A stretch of 64,000 nt of DNA from Octopus bimaculoides. Its lineage: Eukaryota. The notes below the pieces were generated by a model. That model did no database searches. It had not been told where the DNA came from and saw nothing but the letters and a program-made list of their open reading frames with translations. Below are positions 53,001 through 64,000 of the stretch, piece by piece. The number at the start of each line of letters is the position of its first letter. Position 1 is the stretch's first letter. The position numbers were made by a program, and so were the translations under genes. The stretch lies in assembly GCF_001194135.2 (NCBI RefSeq), contig NC_068998.1, forward strand, positions 12,185,950-12,249,949, in the 5' to 3' direction.

Positions 53001-56000
53001 AAGTTGATATGGTTATATCTTCTTTCTCCATTCTTCCCAGTGTTGTGCCAGTATGTCCATCATTGATGATATAGAAGTGATTCAGATCACAGTTGGTCAG
53101 TGTTTGTTTGGATGTCTTCCAAAAGAGGAGCTCTTATTTACTTCAAAACTAAATGGATTCTCTTGGCATCTGACTTCAACTCTGCGCTGGAGGAGTGATG
53201 AAAGATGACAAGAATTGCCTTACATTTGCTCAAGATCATATGTTCGTAGGATTAATTGAACCGACTTCAGTACATGGTTGCTACATATGGACAATCGATA
53301 AAAAGAGTGCAGTGAAAATGCTGAGAGGAATGGAAAGTTCAACATTTCAGACAGTTCTTCTGGAAAAAAAAGTGACAGGAGAGAAATTAATAAGACCTAG
53401 CAAAGTTTTACATCCTCCAAGTTAAAAAAAAAAGAAACCAAAAAACAGGCTGCACCTGCAGCCCATTTAACATAGAGATTATAAAACTCTGCTGTCTCAT
53501 TAATTTCTCTCCTGTCAACTTTTCCCTGAAGGACTCTGTAACGACCGTACGACCAGGAGATGGTGACGAGGAATGGCTCCTTTTAGCGCACCGCACGGTC
53601 GATTGATTGGATTGCACCCTGGCACAAGATAGAACAAGAGACAAAAATACGCCAGTACCAACTAATCAGAGTGGTTGACACAACAGGGTCCAAAGATGTG
53701 GCTGAAGACTAGCTGTTATCTGCTACGTCCGCACTCATGTATATATAACAGAAAGAGAGAGAAGCATGCTCTATAACTCTGTCCAGAATGTTGGATTGTT
53801 TTGCTTTCCACAGCAAGTTCACTGCACTCTATTTTTATCAATTTTACTAAATAATACAAGTGTTGCTGACACCGACCAACACTGGTCTTTTGGATGATCA
53901 TATGTTACATAATGTAAATCCATTACATTATTGAACATGCAGAAATGAAAAACAAACTTAGTTCCTTCAAAATTTGAAGTTGAGATTAACAAAAACCTTA
54001 GAAATAGTATAATTTGAAACCAAGTTTACTTTCATTCACATTTTATGCTTAAATCTTTTCAGATTACACCATTGAACAACAGGATTATATTGAACACGCA
54101 CTGGAAACAATACTGGAACCTGTTGTGGAGGGTGTCAGTAAGCTGAGAGTGACGTCCCAACTGAGTGTTATCTCAATGGCAACTGTAGCCATGTGTGAAG
54201 CTTGGACTGACTTCATTTTGAAGGAGAAAATTAAATTTAGGTATTTAATTATTATTGCTGTTGTTGTTGTTCTTGTTGTTAAGGTGGTAAGCTGGCAGAA
54301 CCTTTAGCACACCGGGCGAAATGCTTAGCAGTATTTCACCTGTTGTGTTTTGGGTTCAAGTTCCGCTGGGGTCGACTCTGACTTTCATCCTTTTGGGGTC
54401 GATAAATTAAGTACCAGTTGCATACTGAGATCAATCTAATCAACTGGCCCCCTTCCCTCAAAATTTCAGGCCTTGTGCCTATAGTACTATTTTATGTTAT
54501 AAATATTGTTTCAGTGAATTTATTTTTGAGTATTAATGGTTTAATATATGTGTGAGCAATCAATATCTTGATTGTTTGACATTTTCCAAGATGCTATAAA
54601 TATGGGCAACAACAAAATTATATTATTGTCTAATATTTATATAGACAAGACAAACTTTATACATATCATATATATATGAGTGGTTGGCGTTAGGAAGGGC
54701 ATCCCGCTGTAGAAACTCTGCCAAATTTAGATTGGAGCCTGGTGTTGCCATCCGGTTTCACCAGTCCTCAGTCAAGTCGTCCAACCCATGCTAGCATGGA
54801 AAGCGGACGTTAAACGACGATGATGATGATGATGATAATATATGCCCTTCTTTGATTGGAACATCAACCTCAAAACAAAATATGCTGATTGTTTGGGGTT
54901 CTTAGAATTTTATACAATATATTTGAGTGAAATCTTAACAGTCTCATTGGTTCTTTTACAAAGCTAGAAACAGGGGCCTGGCAGACATGCTTATCTAAGG
55001 CATTACTGTTTTCCTGAGACCATATATTCTGGTTGGGATCCTTCCAGTTGGCTGAGGTTTGTATGACTAAACCACTTGTGTGCCTGCAATTCATATGAAT
55101 TTCCTGGAGCTCAACTCATTTTCTATTTCCTTGGATCATTCCTCAAACTCTTGCTATTGCAGACCCTCACAACCATCCTTGAATTTTAATGATTAGATTT
55201 GAACTTGCAATACTGTTTCAACTGCTAACCGTTCAACTATAAAATAGTAGAGGTGAAAGCTGTTGGCCAATAACTAGACTTATGCAAGCAGTTGTGTATG
55301 GTTTGTATACCCATGATGCCCTTCCTGCCGCCAACCCCCACCTGTTGCCAAGCCAGGTAGTTTTTTCCCTCTCTCACTCTCTGGGAGAGAGGCACAAGCA
55401 CATACACAGACATATATACACACACGGCAGTAACTTCCACCTACCAAATTCAATCACAAAGCTTCGGTCGGCTTGGGGCTATAGCAGAAGACACTTGCCC
55501 AAGGTGTCACGCGGTGGGACTGAACCCGAAACCATGTAGCTGGGAAGCAAGCTTCCTAACCACACAGCCACGGCCGCACCTACAACCACACCCAAATGTT
55601 TATCCTTATTAATTTTCTGCCAATTTCTGTTATTGCTTTTATTTGTTTTTGTACTTGAGCCTTTTTATTAATAAAACTGATTTCTTCGCTTCAGTTTACA
55701 TGGTGCTCACCAACTTGGTGCAGATTTCAACTTTGTCCGAACGTGGCTAAGCAGTGCAATCCGAAACAATGAAGTCAGACAGAGTATCACCCAACTCTCT
55801 GTTTTCAGCTATTTGAATGGAATTGTGCTTTTACTCCAAAGACAACCGAAAAAACGAGCTTCTACTCGCTTCACCGACCCTTGTGCTAATGATGATATCA
55901 GTAAGTAACCTCACCATCTTTATCATTATGATGATGATCGTCATCATTATGATGATGATTGTCATCATTATGATTAACACTATCATGCTGATCATCATTA

Positions 56001-59000
56001 TGGCCATCATTGTTTTAACACTTGTCAAGGGTTAAATAAGTTTGTAGTTCAACATATTACCACTACTCTTAACCGTGTGTCATCTAGTCTCCAATATCTA
56101 AAATCCAGAGATCTGTTTTCATCATTTCTTCTTCTCTGCTGTGACTACCATCCATTGTAATTTTTTGTGGATTTCGTTCCTAAAACTTGAATAGTCTGTC
56201 ACAGAGTTACTCATTTACAGATGAATGTGTTGGAGCAACTTGAAATGAAGTATTTTGCTCAAGAACACAACTCTAGGAACACAATCTAGGAATTGAAACC
56301 ACAATTTTGTGATCATGAGTGCAACACCCTAACCACTAGGCCATGTGCCTTCTCTAGCCAAAACAGAACCTCAAAGATGAAGTTTCCTTCTGGGGTCAGA
56401 AAATATTTTACTGCTGATTAGTTGCAGGTTCTCTAAAAAAGACCAACATTGCAGTAATTCTTCATCTTTGAGGATACTTCTGTTACACACAAAAACATCT
56501 TAAACTTTATTCAGAGGAAGACCTCTGACTAATTAACAAAGATTTCCTTCTGATCAGGCTACAACCACTAAGATCAAGTACAATTTATTCTCAATGCATT
56601 TTCTTCCACTTACTACAACAGCTCCTGCTCTTCTGGACTAGCTAGCCAAATACTATATCTGACCCTCAGAACTGGCACTAAACATTTTGCTCAATCATTC
56701 TCACACTGCACTGCAACTGTGTTCATTTCCAAAACATCTTGCACTTTGCTAGTTCAGTCAACTAGTTCGTTAAATAGGCAACAGTAACATAGCCTGGAGA
56801 TGCTGAAGTCCAACAGAAGTCAGTAGATTTGTCCATCCAGCAATGGAAACATTATACCTTTAGCATTTATACTGGCCTTATCTGGTTCAAATATTCTATT
56901 TGTTTTATGTTCAAACTGGCCAGATCTAGCTTTTCATGCATATCCTACAATGTCATTCTAGAAATAAACACTCGCATCATCAAAATTTCAAAGCTATGAG
57001 ATAATGGAATGATTAATTCAACAGAATGTGAATAAATAAGCATTACATTTGACAGAGTAATCTGAACGCTAAAATAATGGTCATACAATTGACTCTACAA
57101 GATTTATCACACTTGTGTGAGAAAATAAGTAGGTGCAGATATTGCTGTATGAATGTCACAACTTCCCATTATCAACTCATCCTGTAAAAATAAATAAATC
57201 TTTTGTGCTTAGACAAAATAGAACTCAGTAATAACTTTTTTTTTTTTCTTTTACTTATTTCAGTCTTTGGATTGCGGCCATGCTGCGGCAGAGCCTTGAA
57301 GGGTTTAGTTGAACAAATTGACATCAGTAATTTTTTTTTTTCTAAGCCTGGTCTTTTTTTTTTTTGTTGAACTGCTAAGTTATGGTGATGTAAACAAACC
57401 AACACTGGTTGTTAAGCAGTGGTTGGGGACAAACACAATCATAAAGACACTTGCGCATATATCATTATCATCATCATTTAACGCCTGGCTTCCATGCTGG
57501 CATGGGTGGGACAGTTTGACAGGAGCTGGCTAGGCAGAAGACTGCCCCAAATTTCTGTGACTGCTTTGGCAGGATTTTTACAGCTGGATGCCCTTCCTAA
57601 CACCAGCCAACCACCCACCCACCCAGCAGAGTGGACTTAGTGCTTTTTATATGGCATAAGCACAAGTGAGATCAGTTTTGGCAAGGTTTTTACAGCTTGA
57701 TGCCCTTTCAAATGCCAACCACTTTACAGTGTGGACTGGATGCTTTTTAAGTGGCACCTGCACTGACAGGGTCACCAAGTAACCTGCAAGACAAAAATCT
57801 TTTGAGAAGGAACGGGCATTGGAGGAAGTGATCTTGTATCAGATGATGAAAGATTATAGTGAAACAGAGAGACAAAAACAGGTATCTTGCTGTAGGAGAG
57901 GTACAAAGTTACCCAGCTAGAGAGAGAGAGAGAGAGATCATAAATGAGGACAGACATAGGTGTGCTGCTGCAAAAGAGATACATGGTTATCCAACCTGGG
58001 GGAAGTGCAGGAGAAGAAGAGAGAGAGAATGTGAGACATCAGGATAGAGATGGTGGCAAAGTGCCAGGCACACTCACAAGGAACAGGAATCAGAATATAA
58101 ATGGGATGGTTGGGTAAAGGCAGAGAGAGATATAGATGATGGCAAGTGCCAGGGTATACTCTTGAAGTTGAAGGTTATAATATGTGGCAGGATATTGCCA
58201 AAGAAGTGTGATTAGATTGTGGGGAGGGAAAGTGAGTGGTGAAAACCTGAGTATATAGAGTGGTGGTGGTGGTGATGGTGGGGCTACCGGATAGCAATGA
58301 TACAGAGAAACATGGCCGTAAGGACAGGGTTGGGGAGTGAGAGGTAGGCATAGTGCATGAAGGAGGAAATGTGAGGAAGAGAAGAGATGTAGATTGGTTT
58401 GTTGGGGTAGAGTGTGTGAAAAGCTTTCTTGTTACATGTGGGTGGAACACAGATCAGGAGCTAGCAAAAAGCAATGATACAGTGAGACAAGGCTGAGAGG
58501 ACAGGATTGAGGGGTGGGAGGTGTGTGTGTATGTATGTACAATTGGCATTGGGAAGGGCATCCAGCGATAAGAACCATGGCAAATAGGGCTGGAACCTGG
58601 TGCAGCCCTCCAGCTTACCAGTTCCAGTCAAACCTTCTAACCCATGCCAGCATGGAAAGTGGACGTTAAATGATGATGATGATGATGATGATGCACATCA
58701 TGTGATTGACCAGTCTATCAAATGTTATACATCCCTGGTCACAATGCACTTTGCATCATTTTAGCTTTTGAATGATGTCACTGCTGGCAAGGCGAGCAGG
58801 CCAACATTTCCTCTGATCAGAAAGCCAGTCCACCCAAGGGTTACCCATTTACAGCTGAGTGGACTGGAGCAACATGAAATGAAGTGTTTTGCTTGGTCTG
58901 GGAACCAGACCTACAATCACTAGATTGTGAGTGTAACACCCTAACCACTGGGCCACACATTTTCACATATACATACATATATATTTTTGTTTTTATTTTT

Positions 59001-59799
59001 ATTCTCTTGTTTCCCTTTATACTTCCTGTATCCATCCTTTTCCAAAATAACTCCTTATATTGAACTCTACTAATCCCTCCAGTTAACTCTCTCATATCGT
59101 CTCTGATGAAGGGATATCCCTAATATCCCAGAAACAGCTGTAAGACTACCTTTGTCTTTATAAATATCCTATAAATTCCACACAGCCTTGGCTTTGATGT
59201 CTCATTATATTTAACATATACATGCGCACACAAGACTCGCATTAGACTCCTCACTCGTATTATTATCAAGAGTCTAACTACGGTCCTCCCTTAGCACTTA
59301 CATAGCCTTACCTGCCATCTTGGGTCTTCTGAATAACATTACTTTTAAATCCTTACATATATATACATATGATGGGTGTCTTTCAGTTTCTGTCTACTAA
59401 ATCCACTCAAATGGCTTTGGTCAGCCTAGGGCTATAGTAGAAGACACTTGCTCAAGGTGCCATGCAATGAGACAGAACCCAGAACCATGTGGTTGGGAAG
59501 TAAACTTCTTACTACACAGTCACAACTGTGCCTGTGAGTTTTTTTTTTGTGTTTTTTTTTTTAATAACTTTTTTTTTTTAATACTTGTGTTGACAGGTTC
59601 GGATACTGCTGACAGCAATACGGAGAGTAATCATCGGGGAGCTAACTGTGAAAGTTCTACTGAGACAGAAGTGACAAACGATGAGAAAGACATATGTTCC
59701 GTATCAAACACAGATGACTGGCTTGCACTGAGAGTGTGTGGTGGCTCTCGCACTTGGAAATTTCCATCTTGTTTCAATATACAACGTGAAGACACTTAA
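44564..59799 (+). CDS. CCDC142: Coiled-coil domain-containing protein 142; join(44564-46181, 47883-47969, 49164-49322, 50989-51164, 51403-51552, 52199-52310, 54063-54240, 55695-55900, 59597-59799), 2889 nt, 962 aa
   Basis: All nine exons are AG/GT-bounded with compatible phases and no stops. Motifs WCYSKTHEFLASWSIGSFILVTQTDL, FSENC..F.NNMPGGKIWR, YIEHALETILEPVVEG..EAWTDFILKEKIKFSLHGAHQLGADF and DWLALRV..W.FPSC match remembered human CCDC142 (AQQYLAAWDPASFLLLIQKDL; FSQEC..MPRGRYWR; VLEPVLQG..GAWLDHILTHGIRFSLQGALQLKQDF; AWLALR). Confidence 0.9.
47883..47969 (+). CDS. CCDC142: CCDC142 coding exon 2
   Basis: tag|AT CTT TTC..GAT AAC T|gtaagt; DLFPSGSVIPLQILAQKIHTIAAIGCWDN. Confidence 0.85.
48361..48589. 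mobile_element. piggyBac-type MITE (sister of 10188-10409)
   Basis: TTAACCCTTTTGATACC...GGTAATGAAAGGGTTAA with a near-identical interior. Confidence 0.85.
49164..49322 (+). CDS. CCDC142: CCDC142 coding exon 3
   Basis: aag|GT GTT TGT..TCA ACA G|gtaagt. Confidence 0.85.
50989..51164 (+). CDS. CCDC142: CCDC142 coding exon 4
   Basis: gaag|GG CCT GAG..TTA AAG|gtaagc. Confidence 0.88.
51403..51552 (+). CDS. CCDC142: CCDC142 coding exon 5
   Basis: catag|ATA CTG..CTC CAG|gtaaat, 50 codons. Confidence 0.88.
52199..52310 (+). CDS. CCDC142: CCDC142 coding exon 6
   Basis: ttcag|TCC TTA..GTG G|gtaggt. Confidence 0.88.
54063..54240 (+). CDS. CCDC142: CCDC142 coding exon 7
   Basis: ttcag|AT TAC ACC..TTT AG|gtattt. 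Confidence 0.9.
54285..54485 (+). mobile_element. tRNA-derived SINE (third family)
   Basis: AAGGTGGTAAGCTGGCAGAACCTTTAGCACACCGGGCGAAATGCTTAGC..GGCCTTGTGCCTATAGTA. Confidence 0.8.
54675..54835 (+). mobile_element. Short retroposon (RTE/SINE 3' tail family) with (GAT)n tail
   Basis: Inverse of 1116-1300. Related copies at ~34840-35010 (+), ~47410-47570 (-), ~57465-57610 (-) and ~58545-58695 (+). Confidence 0.85.
55695..55900 (+). CDS. CCDC142: CCDC142 coding exon 8
   Basis: ttcag|T TTA CAT GGT..ATC A|gtaagt. Confidence 0.9.
59099..59146 (+). ncRNA. Minimal type I hammerhead ribozyme-like motif (Penelope-like retroelement type)
   Basis: GTCT-CTGATGA-A-GGGATA(TCCCTAA)TATCCC-A-GAAA-CAGCT-GTA-AGAC: intact core, 6-bp stem II, palindromic stem III ACAGCTGT, GUA cleavage triplet, and stem I GTCT/AGAC. 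Confidence 0.7.
59597..59799 (+). CDS. CCDC142: CCDC142 final coding exon
   Basis: gacag|GT TCG GAT..GAC ACT TAA. Confidence 0.88.
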
Positions 59800-62700
59800 T
59801 CAATGTTGATAATAGTATTTTTACAGCTGGACAAAAAAAAAAGATAACTTATTTTACTATGTGTAAGAAGAAAAAAATGGGGGGGGGGGAAATGAGTGTT
59901 TTTTTCACTTTGTATATACTAATTATGTAATAGTGTTGTTTTTATGGAACTCTTATTTATTTCTCTCTCAGAAAACCTAATTCACTTGTGTGTCATTTAA
60001 AAAAAAAAAAAGAAGTATTTTTTATCTATTAGAGAGTGGAAAGCAAGCAGGATTGAAAAATGGGGAACTCCAGACTAAATGCTTTACAGTATTTAGTTTT
60101 TGTCCCTTTAACAATTGTTAAGTTGAAATCCCACCAGGGTCAATTTTGCCTTTAAAATAAGTATCAGTTATATACTGGTTGACATCAATTGATTATATCC
60201 CTCCCTTACAAATTTGTGGCCTTGTGCCTGTATATGAAATCCTTATTTTATAGTTAGAATGTTCTGAGTTGGCATAAATATTAGAGTACCCAGACTAAAG
60301 GCATTATACCATTTACTATTTTGTTCCTGTGTGCTCTGAGTTGACTTTGCCTTTTATCTCACTTGGGTTGATTAAAATAGGTGTTAGTAAAATATGTACT
60401 GGAGTTAGTTTTGTTGGTTTGACTTAAGCCTTTGCGCCTAAGCAAAAACAAAAAAAAATTTTTTTTCTTTGTTCTTTTTAGAATATTAGCATTGAATACC
60501 ATAAAAACTGATAAACTCCTTGTGAGCGAAATCCACGACCCAGTTGTAGCTATTTCAGTTCACTTTATGCTGCTGATGTTTTTGAGAAAAGCATGAACAT
60601 CTCTTAAGTCTCATCTCATCCCTTATTCCCTATGAATCTGAACCCCTTGTGCCTATGTAAGAAATCGGTATTTTATCTTTAGAGAAGTTTAAAATTATAT
60701 TTTATTTATTTATTTATTTAAAAGTGAAAAACCAACACGTTATGAGGTTGTTGGTAGTGTTGCCGTCGGTTACCAGAAATCTGCTCTGATTGAGCTGAAT
60801 GCATAATATATATAAACAAAGGTATCTGGCAGACAGATTTATACATACCACATAATAATTATTGTTCACTCATAAGCCATCAGCTGTACTCCCTTAATAC
60901 AAGCAGTATTCTCCTGCCTTTAAATCTGGTGTTTGATTTAACCAAACCTCATAATGTGGATTACTTTGTAGCTGCGACCTTCATGTCTGCTGTTGGATCT
61001 TGTTTCTGTGTTGAAAACAATGACTAACTTAAAGTAAAGATTCCAATGATGTATTATCAATTCGTGTCTCTTACATAGACAGTATCTTGTTGGTTGCTGT
61101 AGTAGCCATCATGTAATATACATACATCTCTCATTGGTTGTTGTCTTGACTGGTAATATAATATTTTACAGATGGTCTCTCATTGGCTGCAGTGTTGGCA
61201 GGTCATGTACAGAAGTACTCTCTCATTGGCTTCTGTTTTAGCAGGTCATATGACACACTTTAGAAGCTCCCTTGATGACCAAACAAATTGGTTGGTACAT
61301 AAGTATTATATCAAATCTTTTGAATTTTTGAATCATTTAAAAAAAAAAAAAAATTTCATTTCACTTACACACATTATTTATCTACCAATTGCACATGCTG
61401 TGTATGTATGGTGAACAACTGTCCTGTTATTTGATTTTTTATTAAATCCCTGACTAACCCATTTACAGTTTAGCAGTGGGTGTTATGTGAGGGCCGAGGA
61501 CCGGCTGAGTTGAAGAAGTTGATGGCTTTTATCCTGTCAGTGACACTACACTATATCCGTAGTCGAAATTCTTAACTCTCAATGACCCAGATCAGTTAAA
61601 TGAAAAAAGGCACTATATTGTGGTATTTAGTTCATCACTAAAAACAATAACAACTGGAATTCAACTCATTTTTTTAGGAAAGTTATCTGTGATAGACTGG
61701 CATCCTTTCCAGAGAGAGGTTTCTCTCTCACTGTATAGTATTACAAAAACTGAAATTGAGCACTGGTGCAGAGGAATTTTTGAAAAGATTAACTGTAATG
61801 GTTGGTGTGATTTCAATATGAATCAGTTGATAGGCGCCTATTGAAATTTAAATTATTAAGTGAAGTAAACAAGTTACTTTGACAGAGCTCATGTCTTTTC
61901 AAGTAACACTCTTGAGAGGTGTTTTTTTAAATTATTTTTTTATAGTTTATTAAGAAGGAAAGGCAGCACCCATGCAGATCCTTCGAAATTGGTGGTAGAA
62001 AGAGAGGAGTTATTCTCGGACTAGAGGATAACTGGTTAGAATATATGCAACTGGGTGGGCTCTGCTAACAGCACCCATAGACCAGGTGGTGGGTGTTAAA
62101 CTAGTCATTAGATTAATTCTACCACCGCAAGACCAGGTACAGTCCACCCACTGGGCTTCCGCACAATTTCCATCTATTCAGTTGCACTGCCAAGGCTTGT
62201 GTTGATTCGAGCCTGTGGTAGAAGATATTGGATCCAAAGTGGTGCAGAGTAGGACTGAACCTGGACCCATGTGATAGTGATGCAAATTTCTTAACCACAC
62301 GGGTCATTGAGATATACTACTGAATGGTGCTTACTCAGTATTGGGCTGTGTCAATTGAGAATGAAGTGTCCTTGCCATAAATACATGATAATAATATCTG
62401 TGACGGGATATACACTTTTGAGCCTTAGAAACAGTGTCCCTCTTACTGATGAGGGTGAATGAGGTGGGACACAACTGTTAAGTAAATTTTGGTCCATGGC
62501 CCTTTTTTGTTTTTTTTTTGTTTTTTTTATTTGATCTGATCTGATCTCATGGCGTGTGTGTATTAGAATGACTACTTACTGACAGTTTGGAAATTAATTT
62601 GTTATGTAACAGCGAAGAAAAGATTTTTGGGGGTCTGTTTGTCAGTCATTTACACTTATTTATTATTAGTTTGTTAACCTATTTATTATAATTTCAGTGT

Positions 62701-64000
62701 TGATTTTGGTAACAATTTGTAAAAACAAAATCTCCACTGCAATTGTGCAACACTTTTTAAACAGAGAGAATGAATGTTTAAACAGACTGATTACTGTTAG
62801 ATTATATTAATAAAGATAATCATCACACCTCATACTGCTAAATTTCCTTCTTACCATTTCTTATCTGTTTTTTATTGTTGTCTTTTTATATTTTCTTTTT
62901 TCTTTCCCCTGTTGTTGTTGAAGGTCCAGGTCAACTTTCTTCAAGCAGGTCTGTGACCAAAGCTTATCAGCCATGACTGTGTTCTTCCATTTTTTAAAGA
63001 TGTGGTTTGAGTGAATTCACTGCTATTTTTAGCATGTTGTGTAACCATGTAGAGCCTCCATCTCCTTTATGGCCTTTTCTTTCTCTTTGACCTTATATAA
63101 TGTGTAAAATATCAATATATAGAAGAAAAGAAACTCTTGGTCTTTTCCATCTTATTCAAGATTAAGGAGAAAGTTTGTCTAGTTTACATCTGCACAGCTC
63201 ATCCTGATTTGAGTCAATTCCTACTTTCTCTTAATTACTGCTCTCTTAGGAGTGCCAATCATAAGACTAAATGTGAGAAAGCCAAAGAGAAATCTGCATA
63301 TGCAGAGACACCAAATTTCGGAGTGCACTTTGAGTTATGAGTGTAGCTAGGACAGTGGAGCTGCATTATAAAAAAAGAGAGATTGCAATCTCAGAGAAGA
63401 ACAAGTGTGTGTGATTTGCATATTAGTAAGAGATAACGATGGTATCTAGATTAAGTTGAAGTTCATGGATATTAGTGAAGAAGAAGGAAAATTGTTCAGT
63501 TCCTAAAGCTAGTTTATCAGGATGAAGAAAATAATGTAACTGAAGAATTCACAAAGTGAATGTTTAAAAATGCTGAAAAGTTTCACTGGAAAATGAAACA
63601 TGGTTGGATGACAATGTAATGAATTTGAGAAATTACAAATCTATGCAGAAGGATAGCAATGCTAAAAGTGAAGATTTAATAATTTACATTAACCCTAATT
63701 TAGTATTGAAACTGTCCATATCTGGCCAAAATATTCAACTTGTTAGAACTCTATTCCAGAACAATGAAATTGCAGGAAAAAGTCACAGTTATGCACTTTA
63801 TATGAAACAATGCTCCAAAGAAAATAATTCTTATTTTTCTCAAAAGGTTATTAATGAATAGAATAGTTTGCCAGTCGTCATGTAGTAAATGAGAGAAAGG
63901 GAGCTTCTAATAGGTTACTAAAGTTTTTGTCACTTTTCAAAGAGAGAAGGACAGTATTAGGAAAGATAGGAGCTGGTCAACCAGTAGTTCTCAAATTGTC

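Overview
AT-rich eukaryotic genomic DNA, very probably an octopus or other coleoid cephalopod. This is inferred from tRNA-derived SINE families with RTE-type tails, dense (TA)n/(CA)n microsatellites and N-gaps next to them. Four intron-containing loci were reconstructed by hand with GT-AG boundaries and consistent phases. (1, 2) Two complete paralogues of ribosomal protein S27 sit head-to-head: a minus copy at 13614->3666 and a plus copy at 15619->21282, with start codons about 2 kb apart. Both encode 84 aa and differ by one residue (N29D). (3) An alpha/epsilon-sarcoglycan-like locus on the minus strand has an intact transmembrane exon, 27-nt microexon and cytoplasmic exon, but the extracellular-coding part is disrupted. 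(4) A 9-coding-exon CCDC142 orthologue on the plus strand spans 44564-59799 (962 aa). The rest is intron or intergenic DNA filled with SINEs, RTE LINE fragments, a mariner remnant, and piggyBac- and hAT-type MITEs. Notable non-coding structures are a ~175-bp near-perfect hairpin in an RPS27 intron, a minimal hammerhead-ribozyme motif in a CCDC142 intron, a ~100-nt foldback, and two hAT MITEs stacked at one 8-bp target. Most ORF-track entries are chance ORFs, simple repeats or read-through of N gaps. All homology calls rest on comparison with remembered vertebrate sequences; no database search was run.
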